A DNA stretch of 58,094 nucleotides, taken from positions 1 to 58,094 of the IMG/VR virus record IMGVR_UViG_3300030380_000249. One strand, given 5' to 3'. Shown here one piece after another: positions 45,472 through 54,187 of the stretch (position 1 is the stretch's first letter; the number at the start of each line of letters is the position of its first letter). The translations under genes and the position numbers were made by a program. The notes under the pieces were generated by a model, which ran no database searches, was not told the DNA's origin, and was given only the letters and a program-made list of their open reading frames with translations. The DNA is from a virus (lineage: Duplodnaviria; Caudoviricetes).

Positions 45472-45997
45472 TAATAAAATCTTAGATTTCACAATCACCC
45501 TATATTCTAATAGGTTAAAGATTGTGAAGGAGGTGGTGTGCAAACCCACCGAAGTGGAGAAGGTGATTGATGAACTGGACACACAAGCCAGCATCCCCAG
45601 AAGGGGAGACGGTCACCATGGTTACTACATCGAAGTCGAAGTAAGGAGGTACAAGGATGTATTTAGGAAACCAGACTCTTCTGGTGAACGACGCTCTGAA
45701 CCTGCTGCGCGGAAAGCTAGTGCGGTTCGTTCTGGAAGACGGCGACATGAGGATGATCGCAAACCTCGTAGCAACAGCGGACGAGCTAGGTCTGGAGTAC
45801 GACAAGGAGTCGATGATCTATCGGGATCGAAAGGCCGAGGAGGCAAGACTCAAGGGTCGGGCGCAACTAGCAAAGGAACTAGAGCCAGGTCTGAACGCGC
45901 TATTCGGGACGGATTATCTGCAACACGATCCAGAAGCACAGCGTCAGGAAAGAAATCGCAAGGCGCGAGAGCGGTATCACGCAAAAAAGAAAGGTAA
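45461..45997 (+). CDS. Hypothetical protein (3' two-thirds overlaps the next gene out of frame)
   Basis: The first ~65 codons fill a gap. The Arg/Ser/Gly-rich tail overlaps 45657-46082. Confidence 0.35.
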   Translation: MKNDNKILDFTITLYSNRLKIVKEVVCKPTEVEKVIDELDTQASIPRRGDGHHGYYIEVEVRRYKDVFRKPDSSGERRSEPAARKASAVRSGRRRHEDDRKPRSNSGRARSGVRQGVDDLSGSKGRGGKTQGSGATSKGTRARSERAIRDGLSATRSRSTASGKKSQGARAVSRKKER

Positions 45998-46082
45998 GAC
46001 CAATGGCGGCAAAGCGCGGAAGACCAACAGTCGAAAAAAAGGCGGCGTTTCGCAACGTGGCCGTGCCGATGGAAATCTATGA
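45657..46082 (+). CDS. Hypothetical protein containing a copy of the major-capsid N-terminal peptide
   Basis: AAGGAGG SD before the ATG. Residues 68-84, RAQLAKELEPGLNALFG, equal MCP residues 5-21. Confidence 0.75.
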   Translation: MYLGNQTLLVNDALNLLRGKLVRFVLEDGDMRMIANLVATADELGLEYDKESMIYRDRKAEEARLKGRAQLAKELEPGLNALFGTDYLQHDPEAQRQERNRKARERYHAKKKGKTNGGKARKTNSRKKGGVSQRGRADGNL

Positions 46083-46185
46083 GATGATCCGTGAGCTGTC
46101 CAAGTCTGAAGACCGGACAATCGCAAGGCAACTAGCCGTCCTGATCAAGGACGCATACCAACAGACAAGGGAGAAGTCTGCATGA
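46003..46185 (+). CDS. Ribbon-helix-helix-like DNA-binding protein
   Basis: KRGRP, then FRNVAVPMEIYEMIRELS..EDRTI..QL..LI strand-helix-helix pattern. Confidence 0.6.
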   Translation: MAAKRGRPTVEKKAAFRNVAVPMEIYEMIRELSKSEDRTIARQLAVLIKDAYQQTREKSA

Positions 46186-46406
46186 TGAAGAGTTTTTTGA
46201 AAACATTCTTTCCGATGTTCTACACCGAGTCCGAGCCGGAGCGCGCGCGAGATGATCGAGGGCGACTGATCGGTGATGACAAGAAGACGCCCACGTTCAA
46301 TGAAGCGTGGGTCGGGGGTCAGGCTCCAGCCAAAAAGAAAGCGGCACCCAAAAAACCCGCACCGAAAAAGCGGGGCAGGCCGAAAGGTAGCAAGAACAAG
46401 AAGTAG
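46182..46406 (+). CDS. Small protein with Lys/Pro-rich AT-hook-like tail
   Basis: RARD..G....DD..TP..NEAW, then AKKKAAPKKPAPKKRGRPKGSKNKK. Confidence 0.65.
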   Translation: MMKSFLKTFFPMFYTESEPERARDDRGRLIGDDKKTPTFNEAWVGGQAPAKKKAAPKKPAPKKRGRPKGSKNKK

Positions 46407-46410
46407 GAAT

Positions 46411-46433
46411 CGGGCGGCGTGAGCCGCCCTTTT
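46411..46433. terminator. Terminator between convergent operons
   Basis: GGGCGGC-GTGA-GCCGCCC-TTTT. Confidence 0.65.
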
Positions 46434-46435
46434 CA

Positions 46436-47218
46436 TTAGAACAGACTCAGCTGCTCCGGTTCGCGCATGATCTCGTCTATGTCCTTGTGCATGATCTCGG
46501 TGAACTCAATGTCACAGAAGTTGCCGCAGTCAGGCATGATGAACTTCTGTTGGGCGCCCTCGTTAGACTCTAGTTCATCAAGGTAGACTCCGCGAATACA
46601 AGAGTTGCCGACTTGCCGCTCGGCCTCGGCCATGCGTTCAAAGTAGTCTGGGAAGTCTCGCCTGATCTTGTTCCAGTATCCCTTGCCGCCTTTGACGCAG
46701 CCGATGCAGTTGTTGTTGCCGTAGCCCAGCTTGTACATGGCAGGTCGTTCTATGCCGGCCTGTTCAAGGTAGTACAGGCACTCTGGCTTGGTCAGCTTCT
46801 TTTCAATCAATGGAAAGATCGGCTTGGCATCTGGGTATTGTTCTTGGAATCGGATGGCGCGGTTGACCTCCTTCTTGGAATACTCAAACCCAAAGACCTG
46901 TGCCTCGTACTCCATCTCCTTTTCGATTCGCTGCCGGACTCGTTTCTTGAGCACCAGCGTGCATCGAGCACCACCAGGCCCGTTGACGTACTTGTCTTTG
47001 GTGATGACATCAAACTGATTACTGTGCTTGTGGGACTTGGTCACCATGATGTCCCGACCATACCAATCCTCGCACTCCCGAATGAACCGCTCGTTGTCAC
47101 GGTGCGCTGTGTCAATGTGGAAGTAGATCGGGAGCACCCGATCCTTGCCGTACTTGTCTATCGCCAGCTTGGTCGCCACCGCACTGGTGACGCCAGCCGA
47201 CCACCACGAAATGATCAT
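46436..47218 (-). CDS. PAPS-reductase-family (adenine nucleotide alpha-hydrolase-like) protein
   Basis: ISWWSAGVTSAVA PP-loop-like motif, H.DN.RF, CT..LK, FPLI...C, MY.LGY.NNNCIGCVKG. Confidence 0.7.
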   Translation of the reverse strand: MIISWWSAGVTSAVATKLAIDKYGKDRVLPIYFHIDTAHRDNERFIRECEDWYGRDIMVTKSHKHSNQFDVITKDKYVNGPGGARCTLVLKKRVRQRIEKEMEYEAQVFGFEYSKKEVNRAIRFQEQYPDAKPIFPLIEKKLTKPECLYYLEQAGIERPAMYKLGYGNNNCIGCVKGGKGYWNKIRRDFPDYFERMAEAERQVGNSCIRGVYLDELESNEGAQQKFIMPDCGNFCDIEFTEIMHKDIDEIMREPEQLSLF

Positions 47219-47664
47219 GCTTCCCACCTAAACTTCAGCTGCCCATAGATTGGTTGCCAGTTCCGATTTCCGCCTTTGGGAGTCCACCTGTCATGCGGCT
47301 TAACCTCACCGACGATCTTCCAACCGGCGCCCCGAAGCGAGGATCCAGACTCTTCTTGCAGGGTATATGTGACCATGCGCTTGCCACCCATCTGTTGCCA
47401 GATCCGCCAACACCTCCCGTAAAGAAAACTGCACGAGTTTTTGGGTGCGTGATCCACGACACAAACTCTGGTAACCTCGGCTGTTAGGCCGTCATCTAGC
47501 GTGGCAGAGACAGGACGCCCCACGACAGCTACCCCGACAAGCTCGTTGTCATATATCGCACCTATCGCAAACTTCCCCCCTTGTGTCGGCTTGTTGTGCC
47601 GGTGGAAGTTCTCAACGAACTCGTTTGCTTCTCGCAGACTCAGTGGCGTAACTTCAAGTTTCAT
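47215..47664 (-). CDS. XF1762/Mom-like GNAT-fold protein
   Basis: PLSLREAN.FV..FHRH...VGVAVVGRPV....D....EVTR...YTL..ESG.SL.G.GW. Start MKLEV at 47664. Confidence 0.65.
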   Translation of the reverse strand: MKLEVTPLSLREANEFVENFHRHNKPTQGGKFAIGAIYDNELVGVAVVGRPVSATLDDGLTAEVTRVCVVDHAPKNSCSFLYGRCWRIWQQMGGKRMVTYTLQEESGSSLRGAGWKIVGEVKPHDRWTPKGGNRNWQPIYGQLKFRWEA

Positions 47665-48347
47665 ATCGCCAGTTCCATCTGGTGCACCGTCAGGTTTGGG
47701 TTCCAATGCAGGGGACACTGCACGCCATCAATCCGACGCGCCATCTTCTCTGGGTCAGCCGAAGAGTCTTTGTAGTTGCGTGCGACGTTGACGCTATCAG
47801 CCGAAGCGAAAGGCCACCGCTTGCCGGCTTGGGCAAGACCTCGAAGCATGTGAATCCATGGCAGGTGACGTTGGTGTTTGGCGACGGCGTTAAACGCCTC
47901 GTCAATCCGCTGCTCCCACTTGATTGTCCCGATCTTCCAATACTCCCCGCTACTACCGAAGCAGACCTTCGGGTAGTTGTCACACAGGTACAGTAGGTAA
48001 TCGGTGTGCATATGAAGATGCCAGACGGGGGCGCCGAATTCTTTTGGAAAAGGCCAAGTAGCAAGTTTCGCCCTGTTCTGCGTCTCGTCTCCACCTATCT
48101 CGTCAGGGATTACCGCCCAATGTGGGTGCCCGAGTCGTGGCTCGACCCACTCGTAGAATGCGTTGATGTCAAATGTCTTGCCTTGAGTAAATGCAGTAAA
48201 CGCGCCGTTATCCCACATGACAGACTGCCCGATATCCAGACAGACCTCGGCGTCACGCGGGTCAGCAAACGACACGCAGAAGTGCTTCCCCGCCATGCGG
48301 AGAAGCATCTCTCTTGGTGTTAGTGGTGTGCCGTGGTAGTGGATCAC
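47661..48347 (-). CDS. TGT/DpdA-like guanine transglycosylase
   Basis: DNGAF, PD.IG, PVWH, IHML and SADS motifs of the TGT/DpdA barrel, in yhhQ/queF-like context. Confidence 0.6.
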   Translation of the reverse strand: MIHYHGTPLTPREMLLRMAGKHFCVSFADPRDAEVCLDIGQSVMWDNGAFTAFTQGKTFDINAFYEWVEPRLGHPHWAVIPDEIGGDETQNRAKLATWPFPKEFGAPVWHLHMHTDYLLYLCDNYPKVCFGSSGEYWKIGTIKWEQRIDEAFNAVAKHQRHLPWIHMLRGLAQAGKRWPFASADSVNVARNYKDSSADPEKMARRIDGVQCPLHWNPNLTVHQMELAI

Positions 48348-48634
48348 GGCTTGTACTTGCTCATGCCGGCTTCTGAGATGATGCGTACACCAGAGTGCAC
48401 GCCCTCTACCTTCAGGTAACCTGCTGTTCCGTCACTCCACTTTTCCCAGAACCGACTGGTAAAATCCTCTTGAAACATTGGGATTTGAACTTGTTCCTCA
48501 ACCCACTCCATGAGGAGTTCTACCTGAACAAAATCCTCAACTATCCAAGTCACATCATACTTGATGATTTGCCCATCAATGGGACAAGGAATGCCGTCGA
48601 TGGAGAACTTGTATGTGTTCTGGTCAATAATCAT
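48344..48634 (-). CDS. QueF-like T-fold protein
   Basis: Small protein with CP.DG...Y...VE......FQE.FT......V.G.H.GV.I. Start MIIDQN at 48634. Confidence 0.5.
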   Translation of the reverse strand: MIIDQNTYKFSIDGIPCPIDGQIIKYDVTWIVEDFVQVELLMEWVEEQVQIPMFQEDFTSRFWEKWSDGTAGYLKVEGVHSGVRIISEAGMSKYKP

Positions 48635-49121
48635 TCTTAACTCCCAACCTGTACCACACGATTCCGGCGCCAATCATCTTGCTGACAACCATCACAAAGA
48701 ATCCGTACCAGCTAAAGAACCCAAGCATTAGCATGAACACGGCAGAGTCTACCGGTGTGCCGATGGCTGACGAGTACAGGATCCGATCCCGCAGCGGCTT
48801 CTTGGTGTAGGTATAGACCGCCCAGTCCACCAGCTCACTGATGGCAAACGCGACCACGCTGGCAACCGCAACGAAGGGGTTAGCCAGCAAGTAACTGAGC
48901 ACGGCTCCGATAGCCATGGCACCCAGCACGCGATGACCAACGTCACGCTGCGCCATGTCCCGCCATACGAAGATGAACCCGACAAGCAGACTCATAGGCG
49001 CGAACATCTCCCCGCCTGGTAACGGAATCATGGGGATGTATGTGAACCCAAAGTTCGCGATTACGATGCCCCCGATATAGAGCATCACTGATTTGTTCTT
49101 CAATGTATCGACCCAGCCCAT
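48624..49121 (-). CDS. yhhQ: Queuosine-precursor transporter (YhhQ/VUT family)
   Basis: Polytopic membrane protein with AN...G..FV.RD..Q...A.AS..AF.ISEL.DW.VY...S.....PVDS.VF signature. Confidence 0.8.
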   Translation of the reverse strand: MGWVDTLKNKSVMLYIGGIVIANFGFTYIPMIPLPGGEMFAPMSLLVGFIFVWRDMAQRDVGHRVLGAMAIGAVLSYLLANPFVAVASVVAFAISELVDWAVYTYTKKPLRDRILYSSAIGTPVDSAVFMLMLGFFSWYGFFVMVVSKMIGAGIVWYRLGVKNDY

Positions 49122-49285
49122 CCTGTGTCCTCCTCTTCAATTGTTTCGGGTTGTTTCCCGTTTCCAATGTGGATGCCACAACAACGACACTTACGCCCAG
49201 TTGGCACCACCTCTAGCGTGTCCGATGAACATCTTGGACACATGCCTGCGTCCAGCCGCCTTTGTATGATGTCGTCATCTTTCAT
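49100..49285 (-). CDS. Small zinc-ribbon protein
   Basis: CPRC...CRCC. Confidence 0.5.
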   Translation of the reverse strand: MKDDDIIQRRLDAGMCPRCSSDTLEVVPTGRKCRCCGIHIGNGKQPETIEEEDTGWAGSIH

Positions 49286-49457
49286 CACTTTTCGTCTCCG
49301 TCCTGACGCACACCGCTTCTTGATTCATTGGCATGTCTTTCCAAAGAATCCGACTTGCTGCCGAGTGACAACTCTCCACTGTCGGAAACCCCGACAGAAC
49401 TCTTGTCTCGATTCTGTCCATCTCCACGGCGGTCACTAGGACGAGGAGCCAGATCAT
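49275..49457 (-). CDS. Small exported/membrane protein
   Basis: MIWLLVLV N-terminus, F.T..SC...A.CV, ATGA overlap. Confidence 0.5.
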   Translation of the reverse strand: MIWLLVLVTAVEMDRIETRVLSGFPTVESCHSAASRILWKDMPMNQEAVCVRTETKSDER

Positions 49458-49672
49458 TCCGCCGCCGACTCTGACTCAAGAACTGATTTTTTTGCCGAAA
49501 GCGAAACGACATTGTCTCTACCTAGCCCCCGTAAAAACTTTTCAGCAACGTCTGGTGTCAGGCCGGTCAGCTTCCTGAACCGGTCAACGGCCTGTTCTAA
49601 TGTTAGACCACCTTTCTTGTAGTCAATCAAAACGTCTATACTACCTGCGATTTTGGGGTCAGCTTCAGCCAT
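49454..49672 (-). CDS. Hypothetical protein
   Basis: GGAGG SD and C-terminal R.NVV.L motif. Confidence 0.55.
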   Translation of the reverse strand: MAEADPKIAGSIDVLIDYKKGGLTLEQAVDRFRKLTGLTPDVAEKFLRGLGRDNVVSLSAKKSVLESESAAE

Positions 49673-51123
49673 TCTCTGGCCTCCTCTCCTAATACTCGTG
49701 CACCAATATCAATCTTATCACGAAGGGCTTTGACGATCTTCTCGTCAATCGTCCCATCTGCGATCAAGTCAATATATGTGACAGGGTTTTTCTGACCAAT
49801 ACGATGACAGCGATCCTCGGACTGGATCCGAGTTTCAAGGTTAAAGTCGTTAGCATAGTAAATCACTGTGTTGGCCTCGGTCAGCGTGAGGCCATAACCA
49901 GCCGTGGCTGGATTCGCTACGAAGAATCTTGCGTTGCCATCTTGGAATCTGTCGATGGCGATCTGCCGGTCCTGATCAGATGTGTCGCCATAGTAAGAGA
50001 CCACCGAGTCCGAACCGTACACGTTAGCCAGTTCATTACGGATGTTGACGATGTCATACCGGAACCGTGACCAGATGATGATCTTACCGGACACTTCTTC
50101 AATGCAGTCCATAAGCGCGGCCAGACGTTGGGTGGGCAACTGAAGTAGTTCACCCTCATCCGTTTTGACATGGCCCGATAGCACCTGTTGTAGGCGCAGC
50201 ATCTGCGTAATCATCTGCGGTGTACTGACGAGCTTGTCGTCTTTTAGCAGTGTGATGGCAAATTCCTGCAACTCCTTGTACATGCGGATTTGCTCCATAG
50301 TCAGGGGGACATGACGCACAGTGTAGGTCTTTTCCGGCAGGTCTAGGCAGTCTTTCTTCAAGACTCGATATGTGTGTGGGTCAATACGCATGGTCAGCTC
50401 TTCCAGATTTCTGTAGCCAAGGATTTGTTGAAAGCTGTGTGCGCCCATGGTGCGCTTTTGCAGGACAGCGAAGCGCCCTTGAAATGCATAGTAGGAGTCG
50501 TATCCCAAGATGCTGGGGTCAAGAAACTGGAACTGTGAATACAAGTCCATGGGTGACTTTGTGACAGGCGACCCTGTCAACAGTCTTCTGTACTTGAACT
50601 TCTCCGCAATCTTGAGTAAGGACTTGGTGCGCTTGGCTTTATGGTTCTTGATGGTTGTTGATTCATCAATGGCTATAAGGCCAAAGCGCCCGAACTTCTC
50701 AGCCATCCACTCTCCCGCCTTCTTGCCTTTGGCTGACGAGAATGCCTCCACATTCATGACAAATATCTTTACGCCAAGGTCGCGGCTGTTGAAGAACGCC
50801 CGAACCTTATCCTTATATGTTTTGGTTTGATTTGCCTGCCAATGGCACACGGTGTGCGCGATCTCATCTGAGAAATGCTCTGGGATCTCTTTGTTGATCC
50901 AGTTGCGGTACACGCCCTTTGGTGCAATGATAAGAGCGAACTCGACCCGATCCAGAGGGTTGATTGCCTGCGACCCAAGGTAGGCGATGGTGTCAATCAA
51001 GACCTTTGATTTACCAGTACCCATCTCCATAAAGAACCCGAAGGATTCCTTGTCAACGCTACGATCCAACGCCTCGACCTGGTGTGCATATGGTTTCGTT
51101 TTGATTTTGTAGTTGACTTCCAT
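49636..51123 (-). CDS. SNF2-family (SF2) helicase
   Basis: MEMGTGKS, IDEST, LTGSP, GYGLTL and QSEDRCHRIGQ motifs. Start MEVNYK at 51123. Confidence 0.92.
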   Translation of the reverse strand: MEVNYKIKTKPYAHQVEALDRSVDKESFGFFMEMGTGKSKVLIDTIAYLGSQAINPLDRVEFALIIAPKGVYRNWINKEIPEHFSDEIAHTVCHWQANQTKTYKDKVRAFFNSRDLGVKIFVMNVEAFSSAKGKKAGEWMAEKFGRFGLIAIDESTTIKNHKAKRTKSLLKIAEKFKYRRLLTGSPVTKSPMDLYSQFQFLDPSILGYDSYYAFQGRFAVLQKRTMGAHSFQQILGYRNLEELTMRIDPHTYRVLKKDCLDLPEKTYTVRHVPLTMEQIRMYKELQEFAITLLKDDKLVSTPQMITQMLRLQQVLSGHVKTDEGELLQLPTQRLAALMDCIEEVSGKIIIWSRFRYDIVNIRNELANVYGSDSVVSYYGDTSDQDRQIAIDRFQDGNARFFVANPATAGYGLTLTEANTVIYYANDFNLETRIQSEDRCHRIGQKNPVTYIDLIADGTIDEKIVKALRDKIDIGARVLGEEAREWLKLTPKSQVV

Positions 51124-51204
51124 CCATGTCCTCCCATATGGTCTAAACATAGGCTGTCGGTACGGTTCCGTCAAGCCATCAAACCTGAAGAGGATGTACT
51201 TGGT

Positions 51205-51783
51205 ATGAGTAACGAAATAGATATCTTCGACGAAGAAGATGAAATCTTTGACGCTAGCACGCTGGAGGGCGTGCAGGCTGAGAATGGTAAACAGTTATCC
51301 GGTTTAGTTCGCCGGCTTAACGAGAAACAAGAACAAATCGACGAGACTGAAAAGTATCTCAAAGAACTAAAAGCAGAAAAACAGCGGATCGCGTTTGAAC
51401 ACATTCCTATGCTCATGGATGAGATGGGGATGGAGCGTATTGATGTTGACGGTCTAACCGTCAAGCTCAAACCATTTGTGACGGCGTCGATCCCTGCTGA
51501 CCGGAAGCAGGATGCTTTTAATTGGCTCCGTGAACATGGTCTGGACGACATCATTAAGAATGACATCATCGTGTCGTTTGGTCGTGGGCAGGATAACAAA
51601 GCTGGGGACGTAATGTACGACCTTGAGCAGAAGGGATTCCACCCAGAACAGAAGACGCACATCCATTCGATGACCTTGAAGGCGTTTGTTCGTGAACGTG
51701 TTGAGAAGGGTCTGCCTATCGACTTGGATATGTTTGGAGCGTTTGTAGCAAGAACTGCTGAAGTGAAGAGGAACTCAAAATGA
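51205..51783 (+). CDS. Conserved replication-module protein
   Basis: Coiled coil followed by AF.WLR.HG..DIIKN...H..TLKAFVRE. Confidence 0.65.
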   Translation: MSNEIDIFDEEDEIFDASTLEGVQAENGKQLSGLVRRLNEKQEQIDETEKYLKELKAEKQRIAFEHIPMLMDEMGMERIDVDGLTVKLKPFVTASIPADRKQDAFNWLREHGLDDIIKNDIIVSFGRGQDNKAGDVMYDLEQKGFHPEQKTHIHSMTLKAFVRERVEKGLPIDLDMFGAFVARTAEVKRNSK

Positions 51784-52601
51784 GTACACAAATTGCAAAG
51801 AAGAAGGAGACCGCAGTCTCCACCGGCCTGATTGATCAGATGGTCTCTGATGAGGGCGCTGGCGTAGATTTCAACGTGAATGATATGGAGGTGCCGTTTG
51901 TTCGTTTGGCGCATCCAATGTCTGGTGCGATGCAGAAAGCAAAGCCTGAGTTTATCAAAGAGCTTCGTGCTGGTGAAATTTACAACACCATTACCAAGCA
52001 GATTTGGGATCCAGAGAAGGGCATTACTGTCATCCCAGTGCACCAAGAAACCATTTACACACACAAGGCGGAAGATAAACTCATCAAACGATACACGATG
52101 GCCGACACCGAGTTGGCTACGTTGTTGAAGCGTGTGACGCGGGACGGTGCCAAGGAGTACATCAAGGACGCCAACGGTCACATTGAGAGTGAGTTGGTCA
52201 AGTCTGACAACTTCTACTGTGTAATCATTGATGATGATGGCAGCACACAAAAAGCAGTCATCGACTTCCGCTCTACCGGTCTGAAGGTCAGTCGGCGTTG
52301 GAAGACCCAGATCTCCATGCAGAAGGTACAGGACTCGCAGGGTAACTACAGGACTCCGCCGCTGTATGGTGTGATGTGGAACTTCACAGGCGTTGATGAG
52401 TCCAATGATCGAGGGTCATGGTCCTCGTGGTCGATCTCCAAGATCGGGGTCGTAGATCGTGCAGATGTATTCGCAGAAGCAAAGAAGTTCCGCGAACAGA
52501 TTATGAAGGGTGAAGTCAAGCCCCAGCAAGAGGACGAGTCTGTACAGGACTCGGCGCCGGCTGGCAACGACATTCCGTCCGCCGACGACATCCCCTTCTA
52601 A
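51780..52601 (+). CDS. Single-stranded DNA-binding protein (putative)
   Basis: Acidic C-terminus ending DDIPF, ST.LK.SRRW motif, positioned before the primase. Confidence 0.65.
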   Translation: MSTQIAKKKETAVSTGLIDQMVSDEGAGVDFNVNDMEVPFVRLAHPMSGAMQKAKPEFIKELRAGEIYNTITKQIWDPEKGITVIPVHQETIYTHKAEDKLIKRYTMADTELATLLKRVTRDGAKEYIKDANGHIESELVKSDNFYCVIIDDDGSTQKAVIDFRSTGLKVSRRWKTQISMQKVQDSQGNYRTPPLYGVMWNFTGVDESNDRGSWSSWSISKIGVVDRADVFAEAKKFREQIMKGEVKPQQEDESVQDSAPAGNDIPSADDIPF

Positions 52602-52651
52602 TCGTTGGGGCGGCAGGTAGCACGGCCTGTCGCCCCTTTTTTGCGGAGTAA

Positions 52652-54187
52652 GTGATGACATTAGTTGACCGGTTCGCTGCGGCCTTTGAAGGCTCCAGCG
52701 TAGCACACGGTCAAACAACAGTAGGTGACGTTAGGAAGAACGGAAAGACAGAGGCAAAGAGTTTCATCGTCCGAGAGCCGTTGACCAAGCATTTGATCGA
52801 CAGCCATTTGCAGGGCGAACATGGGGTTGGTTCGATTCCGATCAATAGTCAGAACATGTGTAAGTTTGGTGCACTAGACATTGATACATATCCGGTTGAC
52901 CACCTAGCCATCTTGAAGAAGTGCCGCCGTTTTAAGCTACCACTTGTTGTTTGCCGTTCTAAATCAGGCGGGGCACATCTGTTCTTGTTCATGCAAGACT
53001 GGATTAGTGCAACAGACATGCGCGACCATCTGATGGAGTTCGCTGCCGTACTCGGCTACGGCGGATGTGAGGTGTTTCCAAAACAAAATAAGATTCTTGC
53101 CGAGCGAGGTGATGTCGGTAACTTCATTAATCTGCCGTACTTCTCGGCAGATAACACATTACGTTATGCGATAAATCAAAAGGGGGATGAGTTATCACTG
53201 GAGTCATTCCTTAAAGAGGTCGAGCGTAAAAAGGTCACGTTAGAGGATCTTCGTAAGTTAGATTTTTCGACCGACGATGATGAATTAAAAGAAATGCCAC
53301 CATGCTTGCGGATCATGTTCGCAACCTCTGTGCCAGACGGCACCAGAAACAAAGTCATGTTTCATGCGGCAGTGGCCGCGAAGATGATGAATCCAGATTC
53401 GTGGGAACGTACCCTTGAATCGTGGAATCAGAAGTATTGCAAACCATCATTGCCTGCCAATGAGATCGTCACGATCCAGAACCAGCACAAGAAAAAGGAC
53501 TATGGGTATCTCTGCAAGGACGAACCCATGGGCAGTCATTGTGATAAGACGGCCTGTCGGCAAGCCAAGTATGGCGTAGGCAAGAACGGTTCAATGCCTG
53601 GTATTACCGGACTCACAATACAAAAGTCGGAGCCGCGTCTGTACTTTCTGGATGTTGATGGCAAGCGACTGGAGTTATCCACCGAACAGTTACAAATGCC
53701 TTTGCAGTTCCAACGCGCATGTATGGAGCAGCTGGATGTCATGCCGCCGATCATGAAAGCGCACGATTGGCAGGAGTATGTAAACCGGATGCTCGAGACG
53801 GCTACTCATATTGAGGTGCCCAAAGAACTGACGATCAAAGGTCAGTTTGAAGAGCTGGTTGAGGTTTACTGTACTGGCAGGATTCGGGCGCGGTCACCGC
53901 AAGAGATGACGATTGGCAAGCCGTGGACAGAGAACGACATGACAATGTTCACGATCAAAGGACTGATGGAGTTTCTACGCAATCGTGGTTTCCGCGAACT
54001 GAAGCGTCCACAAATCCAGCAGCGACTCAAGGACATGAACAGTGGTCATGACTGTAACACTACCTACAAGTTTAAAGACGAAGATACCGGTCAATGGAAG
54101 AATCTTCGCGTCTGGTTTGTACCAGAGTTTGACAACACCGAAATCGACCTACCAACAGAGGAGATAGAAAATGACATACCCTTCTGA
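52652..54187 (+). CDS. DNA primase (AEP/primase-polymerase-like with PriCT-like domain)
   Basis: GALDID, RSKSGGAHLF, INLPY, PPC...G.RN and a Cys cluster. Ends DIPF. Confidence 0.8.
   Translation: MMTLVDRFAAAFEGSSVAHGQTTVGDVRKNGKTEAKSFIVREPLTKHLIDSHLQGEHGVGSIPINSQNMCKFGALDIDTYPVDHLAILKKCRRFKLPLVVCRSKSGGAHLFLFMQDWISATDMRDHLMEFAAVLGYGGCEVFPKQNKILAERGDVGNFINLPYFSADNTLRYAINQKGDELSLESFLKEVERKKVTLEDLRKLDFSTDDDELKEMPPCLRIMFATSVPDGTRNKVMFHAAVAAKMMNPDSWERTLESWNQKYCKPSLPANEIVTIQNQHKKKDYGYLCKDEPMGSHCDKTACRQAKYGVGKNGSMPGITGLTIQKSEPRLYFLDVDGKRLELSTEQLQMPLQFQRACMEQLDVMPPIMKAHDWQEYVNRMLETATHIEVPKELTIKGQFEELVEVYCTGRIRARSPQEMTIGKPWTENDMTMFTIKGLMEFLRNRGFRELKRPQIQQRLKDMNSGHDCNTTYKFKDEDTGQWKNLRVWFVPEFDNTEIDLPTEEIENDIPF

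Noticed and set aside
45858-45908. Misassembly or recent duplication as the origin of the capsid peptide copy
   Set aside because: 12 of 17 codons differ synonymously, so there is no long exact nucleotide repeat.
51171-52250. 359-aa minus-strand ORF
   Set aside because: Antisense to two well-supported replication genes.
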